A stretch of 40,145 nt of DNA from IMG/VR virus record IMGVR_UViG_3300037310_000057, positions 1-40,145 of that record; one strand, given 5' to 3'. Shown in pieces: positions 1 to 9,384 of this stretch. Origin of the DNA: a virus (Duplodnaviria; Caudoviricetes). Within the stretch, counting starts at the first letter, position 1. The number at the start of each line of letters is the position of its first letter. Under the pieces are notes generated by a model. It worked only from the letters and a program-made list of their open reading frames with translations, had not been told where the DNA came from and did not search any database. The position numbers and the translations under genes were made by a program.

Positions 1-127
1 GGGGGGGGGCGGGGAAACCCGCCCCCTTTTTCTTGCAGGAGTCCCATGCGTCAAATCGAATTTACCGGTCAGGGATCGAATACCATCCTGGGCAACTTTG
101 CGCCCGGCGATATGGCTCGCTGCAGCG
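1..127. repeat. Terminal direct repeat (copy 1) of a circular assembly
   Basis: 1-127 is identical to 40019-40145; 127 is a typical assembler k-mer overlap. Confidence 0.95.
3..32 (+). terminator. Rho-independent terminator-like hairpin after the major capsid gene (same sequence at about 40021-40050)
   Basis: GGGGGCGGG-GAAA-CCCGCCCCC followed by TTTTT, just downstream of the capsid stop at 39995 on the circle. Confidence 0.8.
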
Positions 128-231
128 ATGCGCTGGCCCGCCACCTGGTAGACGAGGCGAGAGTCGCGAAGTACGCGACCCGCGTCGCAGGGGAACTCAA
201 GGCGCCACGTCGGCGTAGGTCAGGCAAGTGA
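46..231 (+). CDS. Small head-associated hypothetical protein
   Basis: AGGAG RBS, ATG start, lies between the capsid and head-tail connector genes, overlaps the next start (GTGA). Confidence 0.75.
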   Translation: MRQIEFTGQGSNTILGNFAPGDMARCSDALARHLVDEARVAKYATRVAGELKAPRRRRSGK

Positions 232-839
232 GCCTGACCCTTGTAACCTGGCCGGTCGTTGAGCCGGTCACGCTTGCAGAGGCAAAAGCGCACTGCAAGG
301 AAGAACTCCCGGACAATGATGCGCTGCTCGCCGGCTATATTCTCGCCGCGCGCCAGCATGTCGAGAACGAGACTCAGCGCGCGATCATCACGCAGACCTT
401 CGACTACAAAGCCGCATCTACTGACGGCCTCTGGCCCGTTTACTGGGATGGGCAGTGTTACACGACAGGAATCAAGCTGCCGATGCCCCCGTTGCAGTCG
501 GTGACTTCGGTGAATTACGTCGATACGTCTGGCAATCCTCAATTGCTGGCGACCGATCAGTACCAGGTTGTCAAGACGAACGGCGACAGCCTTGAAGGAA
601 TCGTCGTACCGGCCTATGGGGTCGCGTGGCCGGGTCTGCGGCCGATCTTTGATGCGGTGACGGTGCGGTTTACATCCGGCTATGGCGGCTTGGAATCAGT
701 CCCGCACGCTATTCGTCAGGCGATTCTCATGCTTGTCGGGGAGTGGTTCGCGCATCGCGAGGCGGTGATAAGCGGGACGATCATTGCGGAGCTGCCGCTG
801 GCAGTGAGGGCGCTGCTCGCACCCTTCCGGGTGTACTGA
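228..839 (+). CDS. Head-tail connector protein (HK97 gp6-like)
   Basis: EPVTLAEAKAH...AARQHVE..TQRAIITQT and VPHAIRQAILMLVGEWFAHRE motifs; synteny. Confidence 0.9.
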   Translation: MSLTLVTWPVVEPVTLAEAKAHCKEELPDNDALLAGYILAARQHVENETQRAIITQTFDYKAASTDGLWPVYWDGQCYTTGIKLPMPPLQSVTSVNYVDTSGNPQLLATDQYQVVKTNGDSLEGIVVPAYGVAWPGLRPIFDAVTVRFTSGYGGLESVPHAIRQAILMLVGEWFAHREAVISGTIIAELPLAVRALLAPFRVY

Positions 840-1159
840 TGCGCGCGGGTCCTATGGATCGCCGCGTCACGCTTCAGACGCGGAGCCTGGCTGCGGCTAA
901 CGCCCGCGGCGAGAAGATCGCGAGCTTTGCGACTTTAGCAACCGTATGGGGCGAGAAGCGGGACCTTTCGGGGCGCGAGCTGTATGCGGCGTCTCAGTTG
1001 CACGCGGAAGCGAGGGTCTCATTCAGGATTCGTCATCGCGATAGCCTGACGACGATCAACCGGGTCGTCTATGACGGCCTCACCTACGACGTGCTGCACA
1101 TTGCCGAGATCGGCAAGCGGGACGGCTTGGAGCTTCTCTGCAAGCGAGTTGAGACGTGA
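839..1159 (+). CDS. Head-closure (head-tail adaptor) protein
   Basis: Start re-called at ATG 839 (TGATG overlap); MRAGPMDRRVTLQ, TVWGE, GRELYAA, FRIRHR motifs. Confidence 0.9.
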   Translation: MRAGPMDRRVTLQTRSLAAANARGEKIASFATLATVWGEKRDLSGRELYAASQLHAEARVSFRIRHRDSLTTINRVVYDGLTYDVLHIAEIGKRDGLELLCKRVET

Positions 1160-1722
1160 CGCAGGTTGTCGAGGTGCGCGGCTTGCGCGAGCTTCGCGAG
1201 GCCCTGCTGCGGAAGATTCCCGAGAACATGCAGGGCAAGGTGCTGCAGAAGGCTCTATCTGCCGGAACCGCGCCGGTTGTTCGTGACGCGCGGCAGCGCG
1301 CGCCGGTCAAGAGCGGCGTGCTGAAGCGGGCAATTCACGCGATGCGAAGCAAGCTCAACTCGAACGGCATCTTCGAGGAGCGCATCGTCAGAGTCCGCCA
1401 CGGGAAGAAACAGCAGAAGAACAATCGCGATGCATTTTACTGGCGATTCATCGAGTTCGGACGCGGTCGAGTTGTGGCCGGATCGAGATTCAGGCGTACG
1501 AAACTAGGCAAGCTTCGCAACTACGGCACAGATGCCCAGGTGCTTGGAACTCCGGAGAAGGGGTTTTTCGGCAAGTCCGTAGACCCGGCCGGCGAGCGGC
1601 CGTTTCTGCGGCCCGCGTTCGATGCCAACAAGTTCAAATCTCTGAACCTGATAACGGAACAGCTCCGCAAATCGCTTGAAGTGGCCGCAAGGAAGGCGAG
1701 ATGGCAGACCCCATCGAGGTAA
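1156..1722 (+). CDS. HK97 gp10-family neck/tail component
   Basis: RAPVKSGVLKRAI, AFYWRFIEFG, RPFLRPAFD motifs. Confidence 0.9.
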   Translation: MTQVVEVRGLRELREALLRKIPENMQGKVLQKALSAGTAPVVRDARQRAPVKSGVLKRAIHAMRSKLNSNGIFEERIVRVRHGKKQQKNNRDAFYWRFIEFGRGRVVAGSRFRRTKLGKLRNYGTDAQVLGTPEKGFFGKSVDPAGERPFLRPAFDANKFKSLNLITEQLRKSLEVAARKARWQTPSR

Positions 1723-2069
1723 TCCGCGCGGCGCTGGTCGCTGCAGCGCCTGTTACGACGATCGTCGGTGATCGCATCTCCGAGGCTCCGCGAGCGCAAG
1801 GTGAGGTGTTGCCGGCGGTCGTCCTGACGGTGGTCAGCAGGGTTGCTATCCAGCATTTGCAAGGTGACGCGAATCTCGACGAGGTTCGCGTTCAAGTGGA
1901 CAGCTTCGCGACCACCAAGACGGGAGCCGCGGCATTAGCTGCGGCAGTAAGGGCCGCGCTCATCGCGCCAGACAGGATTCTTCAAAACGAGATCGGCGAC
2001 TTCGATCAGGAAACCGAGACGCCCGTGGTCTCTCAAGACTTCACCATTTGGATTGATCCAACTGCCTAG
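1701..2069 (+). CDS. Tail terminator/completion protein (DUF3168-like)
   Basis: IVGDRI, LPAVV, VRVQVDSFA, A..LA.AVRAAL pattern; synteny. Confidence 0.8.
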   Translation: MADPIEVIRAALVAAAPVTTIVGDRISEAPRAQGEVLPAVVLTVVSRVAIQHLQGDANLDEVRVQVDSFATTKTGAAALAAAVRAALIAPDRILQNEIGDFDQETETPVVSQDFTIWIDPTA

Positions 2070-2083
2070 CGAGGATTTTCATT

Positions 2084-2719
2084 ATGGCTGCAATCAAAAG
2101 TCAGGGCGCGCTGCTCAGCGTGTCCACCGCGGAAGCGGCATCGGACACCATCACGGGGATCACGTCCGCGAATCCCGCAGTGGTGTCTTCAACTTCTCAC
2201 GGCATGGCAAACGGCACGATCGTGCGTATCTCTGGCGTCGTCGGCATGACGCAGGTCAATGATCGCGCTTTCGTGGTCGCAAACCAGTCTGCCAATGCCT
2301 TCGATCTGAAGGGCATCGATGCTACCGGGTACACGACCTACTCGTCTGGCGGCCTCGCCTACGCGCAGACCATGACAAGCGTCGGGCAGGTGTCGAGCGT
2401 GAGCGGGTTCGACGGGCAAGCCGACGAAATCGACGTGACGCATCTTCAGTCCACTGCCAAGGAGTTCCTGATCGGTTTGCAGGACTTCGGCAACGTCACG
2501 CTCGAGCTGCTGCTCGGCAGTGGCGATACCGGCCAGGCCAGGCTGCGCGCTCTCAAGGCATCAGCGGCCATCGGCCAGTTCTCGATTACCCTGTCGAATG
2601 GCGAGATTGCGGCGTTTCGCGCTCTGGTGCGCTCGTTCACGTTCACGAATCCGAGCAACGAAGCCGCGCGCGGTTCCGTGCAGCTCCGTGTGACCGGCGA
2701 GCCCGCCTGGTTCGCATGA
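2084..2719 (+). CDS. Major tail tube protein with an inserted small beta-barrel (FCCH-like) domain
   Basis: GAGGA RBS; EIDVTHLQSTAKEFLIGLQDFG tube motif; insert ITGITSANPAVV...HGMANG...GMTQVN. Confidence 0.88.
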   Translation: MAAIKSQGALLSVSTAEAASDTITGITSANPAVVSSTSHGMANGTIVRISGVVGMTQVNDRAFVVANQSANAFDLKGIDATGYTTYSSGGLAYAQTMTSVGQVSSVSGFDGQADEIDVTHLQSTAKEFLIGLQDFGNVTLELLLGSGDTGQARLRALKASAAIGQFSITLSNGEIAAFRALVRSFTFTNPSNEAARGSVQLRVTGEPAWFA

Positions 2720-3066
2720 ACCGCGATCAACTGTTGGCGGCGCGAACGCGCAGGGTCGAGGCGGTTGAGGTCGAGGGGATCGGGAAGGTCTATATCCGAG
2801 CGATCTCAGCGCGGGATGCACTGGCGCTCGAATCCGACATCGGCAAGATTGACAAGAACGGGGAAGCCGGCGGTCTTCCTCCTCTTGTGGCGTTGCAGCT
2901 TGCCTCGTTCATTTCGGATGTGGCCGGCAACGCGATCCTGAACAGGGATGACGCTGCGGCCCTGCTCGATATCTGGTCCGCGAATCAGGTGCGCGAGGTG
3001 ATTCGCGCTGGCGTGAAGCTCAACGCGCTGGGCGATGAGTCTGTGGAGGCGGCCGGGGGAAACTGA
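2716..3066 (+). CDS. Tail assembly chaperone (gpG-like)
   Basis: Follows the tube gene; MNRDQLLA...GKVYIRAISA pattern; ends at a slippery site. Confidence 0.85.
   Translation: MNRDQLLAARTRRVEAVEVEGIGKVYIRAISARDALALESDIGKIDKNGEAGGLPPLVALQLASFISDVAGNAILNRDDAAALLDIWSANQVREVIRAGVKLNALGDESVEAAGGN
3057..3063 (+). other. -1 programmed ribosomal frameshift slippery site G GGA AAC
   Basis: XXXYYYZ heptamer in the correct phase directly before the TGA; the -1 frame stays open to 3266. Confidence 0.85.
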
Positions 3067-3266
3067 AGTCCCAGCCGCTGCGACTGTTCCTGTTCAGTCT
3101 CGCAGAACGGCTGGGGAAGACGGTTTCCGAACTGATAGACCAGCTCGACACGGCAGAGCTCGCAGAGTGGATGGCGTTCGCCCGGCTCCGGTCTGATCCG
3201 CAGGCGTTTGACACGGTCGAGGACAAGCTCAGGTCCGCATTCGGCAGGAGATCCAGTGGCAGGTAG
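3060..3266 (+). CDS. gpT-like frameshift extension of the tail chaperone (gpGT = 2716..3266)
   Basis: My translation of the -1 frame reads KLKSQPLRLFLFSLAERLGKTVSELIDQLDTAELAEWMAFARL...SSGR*, typical of gpT; it has no start codon of its own. Confidence 0.8.
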   Translation, partial: KLKSQPLRLFLFSLAERLGKTVSELIDQLDTAELAEWMAFARLRSDPQAFDTVEDKLRSAFGRRSSGR

Positions 3267-5100
3267 TCTCGGCAGTCTCGTCATCTCGATGGCGTTGGAT
3301 ATGGCGCGATTCCAGGGCGATCTTGGGCGCGCTGCTGCCATCACCGAGCGGCGGATGAAGAATATCAAAGAAACCTCGCAGCGCGCGTTTACAGCCTTGA
3401 CGCTGGCTGCTACGGCTGCTGGCGGTGCTTTGGTGACCATGGTCTCGCGCAGCCTGAAAGCGGCCGATGACGTGCGCGAATTGGCGATGGCGCTTGGCAC
3501 GACGACCGAGGAGTTGAGCGGGCTGATCGAGGCGGCTTCGCGGAGCGGCTTGTCGCAGGATCAGATTGCTACCGGAATGAAGCGCCTCTCGGCCAACGCC
3601 ATCGATGCCGCGAAGGGCGTCGGCGAGGCGTCCAAAGCGTTCAAGGCGCTCGGGATCAGCGTCAAGCGGGAAGACGGCACTATCAAGTCGTCTGGCGAAC
3701 TGATTCGCGAGATGGCAGACAAGTTCTCTCAGGCTCCCGATGGAATTACCAAAACCGCGCTCGCGATGGCGGTGTTTGGCAAGGAAGGGGCGGCGTGGAT
3801 TCCGTTCCTGAACGAGGGCTCTGTAAAGATCGACGCCCTGATCGAGCGCCTTGCCCGAATGGGCGTCGTTATCTCAACCGAGACCGGCGTCGCGGCAGAC
3901 CAGTTCCTGGACAACCTCAAGGATTTGAAGGATCTCAGTTCCGGCTTTTCCCGCCTTCTGGCCGCGGAACTTGCGCCTAGCCTTGCGAACGTGACCGGCG
4001 AACTAGTCAGGGACGCGCAGGGATTTGACACTCTCAAAGCGTCGGCTGAGTTCTTCGCCGACTTCGTCCGCGTCATCGTCAGCGGGCTCCTTATCATCAA
4101 GCAAGTCCTCTCTGAGCTCGGCAAGTCCGTTGGCGGGCTTGCGGCCGCCTTTGCTGCGGCCGCCCGCGGGGATTTCCGGGAAGCTTGGGACATTCTCGGG
4201 CAGCTTTCAGAAGATGGCGCTATCGAGCAGGAAAAGTTTATCACTGGCCTGCTCGATGTATGGGATAAGACAGCGCAGCAGACCTCCTCTGCCGCGCCCC
4301 GACTCGGAGCAGAGCTGGCCGCCCCTGCTAAAGAAGCGGCGAAACTGACCAAGGAGGCGGTCAAGGAACTCGAGCGCTACCACAACCAGGCGCGCCAGAT
4401 GGTGATCGACGCCAATCGGCTTAAGGAGTCTCTCTACACCAGCTTCGATACCGATAACGCGCTCGGCGAGAACACGCTTGCGATTGGCGAAGCGATGGCG
4501 AAAATTCGCGCCGAGACGCTTGAGATTCCTCCCGCAGCCGAGCTTGCCGCTGACTCGCTGTCAGTCTTTGCGGAGCAGGGCGCGCGCAACCTTCAATCAG
4601 CATTTGCTGATTTCCTGTTCGATCCATTTGAGGACGGGCTCAAGGGGATGCTGCGCGGTTTCATCGACACGATCAGGCGCATGGTTGCCGAGGCGGCGGC
4701 GGCGAAGTTGCTAGAGGGCGTCAGCGGGTTTCTGGGTAGCGTGCTTGGGGGGCTGTTTGGCGCCGGTACCGCAGTCTCTGGCGCGTCCGGCTCTGGATTG
4801 TCATCCTCCCTTTCCGGATTCCGCGCGATGGGCGGCCCGGTTTCTGGTGGTCGGTCCTACGTGGTCGGCGAGAATGGCGCCGAAATATTCAGGCCCGGAA
4901 CATCAGGAATGATTTATCCCAACGGCGCAACCGGCCAAAACGTCAATGTGACCATCGGCGGGACCACGATCAACGCGCCGAATGCCGATGCGAGTGTTCT
5001 GCCGCGCCTGAGCGCCTTGATCGACCAGAAGGATGCCGCGCTTGAGGCCAAGATCATTGACGGCTTCCGTCGCAATCGTTACCGCCTGGCTGAGACCTGA
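3256..5100 (+). CDS. Tape measure protein
   Basis: GTG 3256 after AGGAG; Ala-rich helical sequence; N-term GSLVISMALD; C-term RAMGGPV...YVVGENGAEIF. Confidence 0.92.
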   Translation: MAGSLGSLVISMALDMARFQGDLGRAAAITERRMKNIKETSQRAFTALTLAATAAGGALVTMVSRSLKAADDVRELAMALGTTTEELSGLIEAASRSGLSQDQIATGMKRLSANAIDAAKGVGEASKAFKALGISVKREDGTIKSSGELIREMADKFSQAPDGITKTALAMAVFGKEGAAWIPFLNEGSVKIDALIERLARMGVVISTETGVAADQFLDNLKDLKDLSSGFSRLLAAELAPSLANVTGELVRDAQGFDTLKASAEFFADFVRVIVSGLLIIKQVLSELGKSVGGLAAAFAAAARGDFREAWDILGQLSEDGAIEQEKFITGLLDVWDKTAQQTSSAAPRLGAELAAPAKEAAKLTKEAVKELERYHNQARQMVIDANRLKESLYTSFDTDNALGENTLAIGEAMAKIRAETLEIPPAAELAADSLSVFAEQGARNLQSAFADFLFDPFEDGLKGMLRGFIDTIRRMVAEAAAAKLLEGVSGFLGSVLGGLFGAGTAVSGASGSGLSSSLSGFRAMGGPVSGGRSYVVGENGAEIFRPGTSGMIYPNGATGQNVNVTIGGTTINAPNADASVLPRLSALIDQKDAALEAKIIDGFRRNRYRLAET

Positions 5101-6710
5101 TGGACATCCTGATTCCGTCTTGGGTCAAGTCTGCGGGCGTCAGTCTTCGCTATCTCGATTCTACTGGCGTCAGCCAGTCCGACTTCGGCGGCCCCCCGCG
5201 TACCGCCTCTCTAGGCGGCGATCGACTTGGCGCAAGTCTGCAATTCACGCCAACCGCCACCTCCGCGACCGATTCTGCAATGGAGCGGCGCCGCGTCATG
5301 GCGATCCAGATGGCCCTGCGGGGCCGCCAGGGGCGCTTATGGATGGCTAATCCGGCCCGCCGTCTTGGCGGCACCTTCCCCGCTTCTGAACTTCTCACCA
5401 ATCCTTCGTGGGCTGATGGCCTCACCGGCTGGACCACGTCCGGTAGCGAGGCGGTTTTATCGCTTGCAGATCGTCGCCTGCGTTCGACCCGCGCTGCGGG
5501 TATTACCGCGCGCTCAATTCGTAACGGTACTTCCTTCGGCGTCACTCAGTACGTCCCGTACATCGTCCGCGCATTGGCAATTCAGGGGCGCGGCCCCATA
5601 GATACTGCCCTCCGCCTTGGCACCACAAACGGCAACAATGACATTTTCTCGCAAGTACATTCCTCGGCCGGTTTATTGACGGGGGTTGCGGTTCCGGTTG
5701 CGACAGGTTCCGCATATTTCAGCTTGCTGGATGGCGCGAACTCTCGACCCGCCGGGGATTACCAGCTCTTCGACTATGTGAGCGTGTCGCGCGGGGCATT
5801 GGTGGATACCGGCGTGAACGTGCTGACCTACAGCTCTGACCTGTCTAACTCGATCTGGACAAAAAACAACGTCTCAATCTCAGCGACGTCTGTAACACTG
5901 CCGGATGGCACGACCGGAACGGTGAACTCTATCAAGGAAGACTCTACTGCCGGCTCGCAGCACCGCCTGCAACAGGTATATACCTGCCCGAGCGCGGCGC
6001 ACGATCTGACATTTTCCGCGGCTTTCAAACTGACAGTGAATCGTTCATGGGTTGCGCTTCGCATGTTTGAGGCGACAGGCAGCACGCTGGCAACGGCGAA
6101 CTTCAATACCAATGGCCCATCATTGGGCACGGTCGAAGCCGGGGCTAATTGGGCGAATCCACGCGCCTCGATGAGAGCAATTGGCGATGGCTGGTATCGG
6201 TGCAGCATCACGGCGCAGAAGACGAACAGCGCAACGTCCATCGAGGCGCGCATCTACGTTTGCGAGGCCGACAATGACTTTATCTTCGACGGCGGGAATC
6301 AGGACTCGATCCGAGTGTGGCTGCCGACGCTTGCGCCGACGAGTGTGCCAACACGGCTGATCTCCACGTCCGCCCTTTCGCTGCCTACCGGTACCGCGCC
6401 AACCGGGACCCTGCTCTATCTATGCGGTTTGCCAGCAAGCACGAGCGACTTGCTTCTGCCCGGCGATGAGATCGAAGTCATATCGTCCTATGGAAGCGAA
6501 TACAAGTTTGTTACCGACACTCTCAGTTCCGACGACGGGGGGCTCGGCACGCTGCATATTTCGCCGCCTATCCGCGGAGTGGTGTCTAACGGCGCGGCAG
6601 TAGTCGTCAGCGAGCCCCTGGGATACTGGATGCCGACTGATGTACTCGGATTCGATCACGCGCCAGGGGTATTGACCCAGGCCTCCATTGAATTGCAGGA
6701 GGCCGCGTGA
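5100..6710 (+). CDS. Distal tail protein (Dit-like) with inserted carbohydrate-binding-like beta-sandwich domains
   Basis: Directly after the tape measure gene; Dit-like termini (LRGRQG; LLPGDEI...ISPPIRG...ASIELQEA) flank about 340 aa containing ELLTNPSW and NVLTYSSDLSNSIWTK...GDGWYRC modules. Confidence 0.7.
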   Translation: MDILIPSWVKSAGVSLRYLDSTGVSQSDFGGPPRTASLGGDRLGASLQFTPTATSATDSAMERRRVMAIQMALRGRQGRLWMANPARRLGGTFPASELLTNPSWADGLTGWTTSGSEAVLSLADRRLRSTRAAGITARSIRNGTSFGVTQYVPYIVRALAIQGRGPIDTALRLGTTNGNNDIFSQVHSSAGLLTGVAVPVATGSAYFSLLDGANSRPAGDYQLFDYVSVSRGALVDTGVNVLTYSSDLSNSIWTKNNVSISATSVTLPDGTTGTVNSIKEDSTAGSQHRLQQVYTCPSAAHDLTFSAAFKLTVNRSWVALRMFEATGSTLATANFNTNGPSLGTVEAGANWANPRASMRAIGDGWYRCSITAQKTNSATSIEARIYVCEADNDFIFDGGNQDSIRVWLPTLAPTSVPTRLISTSALSLPTGTAPTGTLLYLCGLPASTSDLLLPGDEIEVISSYGSEYKFVTDTLSSDDGGLGTLHISPPIRGVVSNGAAVVVSEPLGYWMPTDVLGFDHAPGVLTQASIELQEAA

Positions 6711-6919
6711 GCTACGTTGTTACGGTGTACGCGCGCAGTCCCGCTACATTGTGGAGCAAGGGCGAAACACGCAGGAACGACGTTTTTTGCATTGCCCGCT
6801 CACCGTCTTTCCCGTGGCGCTGGCTTGCTAATACGTGGGCGCGTAGCGCGACGCGCAGCATGTTGCCCGGCAGATGCTATTACGAAGTGACGATCGAGCC
6901 TGTCTCAATAGAAGGATAA
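6707..6919 (+). CDS. Hypothetical protein (70 aa)
   Basis: GGAGG RBS, GTGA overlap with the upstream stop. Confidence 0.55.
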   Translation: MSYVVTVYARSPATLWSKGETRRNDVFCIARSPSFPWRWLANTWARSATRSMLPGRCYYEVTIEPVSIEG

Positions 6920-6957
6920 ACCACCATCATGCGTATTATCACACTGAGGCAAGGGCC

Positions 6958-9384
6958 ATGAAGTTTGCCGCCCTCTTACTCGCGCTGAACCTCGGGCAAG
7001 CAAGTCCGAGTTATGATGGGGTTATTTACGTATCTGAATATCCGAATGGCGACAAGCCTTCGGGCGGTACCTGCCCGCCCGCGACTTGGACCGGGCTAAA
7101 TCTCGGGGACGGCGGCGGAACGATTTGCGATAACGGTTCCGGGGATCTGTCTTTTTCCGTCACTGGCACAAATTCAATCGACAATGCCCGCATCATTCAT
7201 AAGGACGCGGGAGCCGGCGAGGTTCAGATTGAGGGCCATATCACAGCTAGCTTTGGCGGTTCTACAGAAGCCAATGCGGCTATCGGGCTTGGCCTCCGCG
7301 AGTCAACTAATACCGGATCTTGGGTAGCTCAGTGCAAGTCTTTGCAGACCAGCTCAACTTCTATTCAGTGTCAGTATGGGTTAACTGGTTCAACAACCAA
7401 CGTTAACTGCCAAGCTTCCGGCGCGACCCGCCCTGAATGGGCGGCAGTCACTTACTATCCGACTAACAATAGATTCAAAGGCCACACATCCGCAGATGGC
7501 TCAACATGGACGGAATGTTTCTCGGTTGACTACACGCCGTCAGACGTAATCGCATTCTTTATTGGCGGCTCCAAGTCTACGACTATTTCGCTCACGGCGA
7601 CTATGGAGGACTTCGCGCTCCTTACAGAGATTGATGCTTACGATGAGGTGCCAGACGGCGGCGGTAATCCTCCTGTGCTGGTAAATCCGATTCCAGATCA
7701 GAACGCCGCGCAGACCGTCCCCTACACATTTAACTTCACTAGCTATTTTACCGGGGCGACTTCACACACCGTCAGCGGCCTGCCTGCGGCCGGTGGGCTA
7801 TCTGAATCTTCTGACGGAGTAATCAGCGGAACGCCCGACTCTGACGACGCGGCGGCTTCACCGTTTCAGGTGACTATGTGCGGGGTTAACGGCGATGGCT
7901 CGACTTGTGACATAGCGCAATTTTCGGTTGCCGCGGTTCCTGGGGACACATTCACGATTTCTTCAAGTGCAACCCCTGCAAATTACGTCTTTGACTGTGC
8001 GACTACAACCAATTGTGGGCCGGGAGATGTGATCCTTATCGGCTCCGGCACGCACGTTAATCGCACCATCAATTTCAAGAATCTGATAGGCACAGCCGGA
8101 AGCCCGATCACAATTCGTAACGATACAACCGCTGGATCCAGAGCGACGATTAGACTTCCCTCTGGCCGCCCTCGTTTCGGCTTCCAGTGTGACAACTGCG
8201 AGAATGTCATCATCACCGGGCTCGGTGGCTGGAGCGGGCAGCCAGCGGGCGAATGCGGAGTTGTTGACAGCCCGAACGGCACGCAAGACGGCGGCGAAGA
8301 CGCCGTGGACGAGCACCTGACCGGCTGTGGCATTTTGTTCGACGGACTGACTAACGGTATCGCACAGGATATGGTGTTTCTAGATGGCACAAAGAAAAAC
8401 ATAACGATCGAAGGCCTAGAGTTCTCAGGCGATTGGAGCGGGCCCGGGGACGGAGCATTTGTTGAGGGGCATGGGGTCAGCCTCAATGGGAAGTCTGTTT
8501 GCTTGGCTGATGCGCCCAATGAATACATTGAAAACATCACAGTTCGTAAGAACTATTTACACAACATTCACGATACCTCGATGTATCTCGGTTCTAACTA
8601 TAAGGCCACGTGTGACGGACTAGAGGATAATACGCTGCCGCTGAGAGATATCATCGTCGAATACAACGTGTGGGATACCATCGGAGAGGGCGGCGCAAAG
8701 ATCAAGCGCGTACTATCCTCCGACCCGACGGACGCCATCATTCGCTACAATCACGGCCGCAACGGCGGCGGCTCGGATGCGCCCCAATCCTCGGGCCACA
8801 ACAGCATTCTGTTCCAGTGCTTCGAGGCAAGCTGTACTGTTTATGGAAACGTGTTAGATACGACCGTCACTGACGGCAAGACAGGGCCTGGGCTGTCGTG
8901 CGCCATTCAGCATCGCCCGGTTGCGGACGGGACACAGGTCTGTCACTTCTACAACAATACGATTCGCAATACGAGCAATTATGGCGTTTCAGGTTCGCGT
9001 GCTGACAGCGGGTCCTACGGAACGACGGCTCAGATCGAGATGCGGGTCGAGTACAACACGATAGTCGATGCGGCCCGTGACACCGGTAATTGCGTGAATG
9101 TCGGTAGCGCCATTACCGGAGCCGGTTTCGTGAGAGACATGATATGTGCTGGCGCGGTCACGTCGATCAGCGCTGGTTCCAGCATTGTGCAGTCCGCCAA
9201 TCAGCAGGGCACGGTGGCCGCGCAAAACTTCGTCAACTCCGGCGCGAAGAACTTTCGCCTTACCTCATCCAGCCCGGCTCGCAATACCGGCGGGGTTGGC
9301 GGGTGCCCCGCTGATGACGCTGACAAGGAAACGCGCCCGAAGGGCGGGACGTGCGACAGGGGGGCCGATGAGTTTACGGAATAG
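6958..9384 (+). CDS. Putative exported Cys-rich multidomain protein: lectin-like beta-sandwich, Ig-like domain, right-handed beta-helix, choice-of-anchor-Q-like C-terminus
   Basis: Start re-called at ATG 6958; N-term MKFAALLLALNLGQA; Ig signature NPPVLVNPIPDQ...GLPA..GL....GVISGTP; beta-helix repeats (ENITVRKNYLHN, DIIVEYN, CHFYNNTI); NFRLTSSSPARNTG...RPKGGTCDRGADEF; 24 Cys. Confidence 0.75.
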   Translation: MKFAALLLALNLGQASPSYDGVIYVSEYPNGDKPSGGTCPPATWTGLNLGDGGGTICDNGSGDLSFSVTGTNSIDNARIIHKDAGAGEVQIEGHITASFGGSTEANAAIGLGLRESTNTGSWVAQCKSLQTSSTSIQCQYGLTGSTTNVNCQASGATRPEWAAVTYYPTNNRFKGHTSADGSTWTECFSVDYTPSDVIAFFIGGSKSTTISLTATMEDFALLTEIDAYDEVPDGGGNPPVLVNPIPDQNAAQTVPYTFNFTSYFTGATSHTVSGLPAAGGLSESSDGVISGTPDSDDAAASPFQVTMCGVNGDGSTCDIAQFSVAAVPGDTFTISSSATPANYVFDCATTTNCGPGDVILIGSGTHVNRTINFKNLIGTAGSPITIRNDTTAGSRATIRLPSGRPRFGFQCDNCENVIITGLGGWSGQPAGECGVVDSPNGTQDGGEDAVDEHLTGCGILFDGLTNGIAQDMVFLDGTKKNITIEGLEFSGDWSGPGDGAFVEGHGVSLNGKSVCLADAPNEYIENITVRKNYLHNIHDTSMYLGSNYKATCDGLEDNTLPLRDIIVEYNVWDTIGEGGAKIKRVLSSDPTDAIIRYNHGRNGGGSDAPQSSGHNSILFQCFEASCTVYGNVLDTTVTDGKTGPGLSCAIQHRPVADGTQVCHFYNNTIRNTSNYGVSGSRADSGSYGTTAQIEMRVEYNTIVDAARDTGNCVNVGSAITGAGFVRDMICAGAVTSISAGSSIVQSANQQGTVAAQNFVNSGAKNFRLTSSSPARNTGGVGGCPADDADKETRPKGGTCDRGADEFTE

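Noticed and set aside
6874-6957. Upstream start extensions given by the ORF track (6874, and likewise 743, 3208, 9146, 12176, 16475, 17262, 18235)
   Set aside because: The extensions overlap upstream genes. Downstream starts give stop-start coupling or RBSs and expose meaningful N-termini (signal peptides, catalytic Thr).
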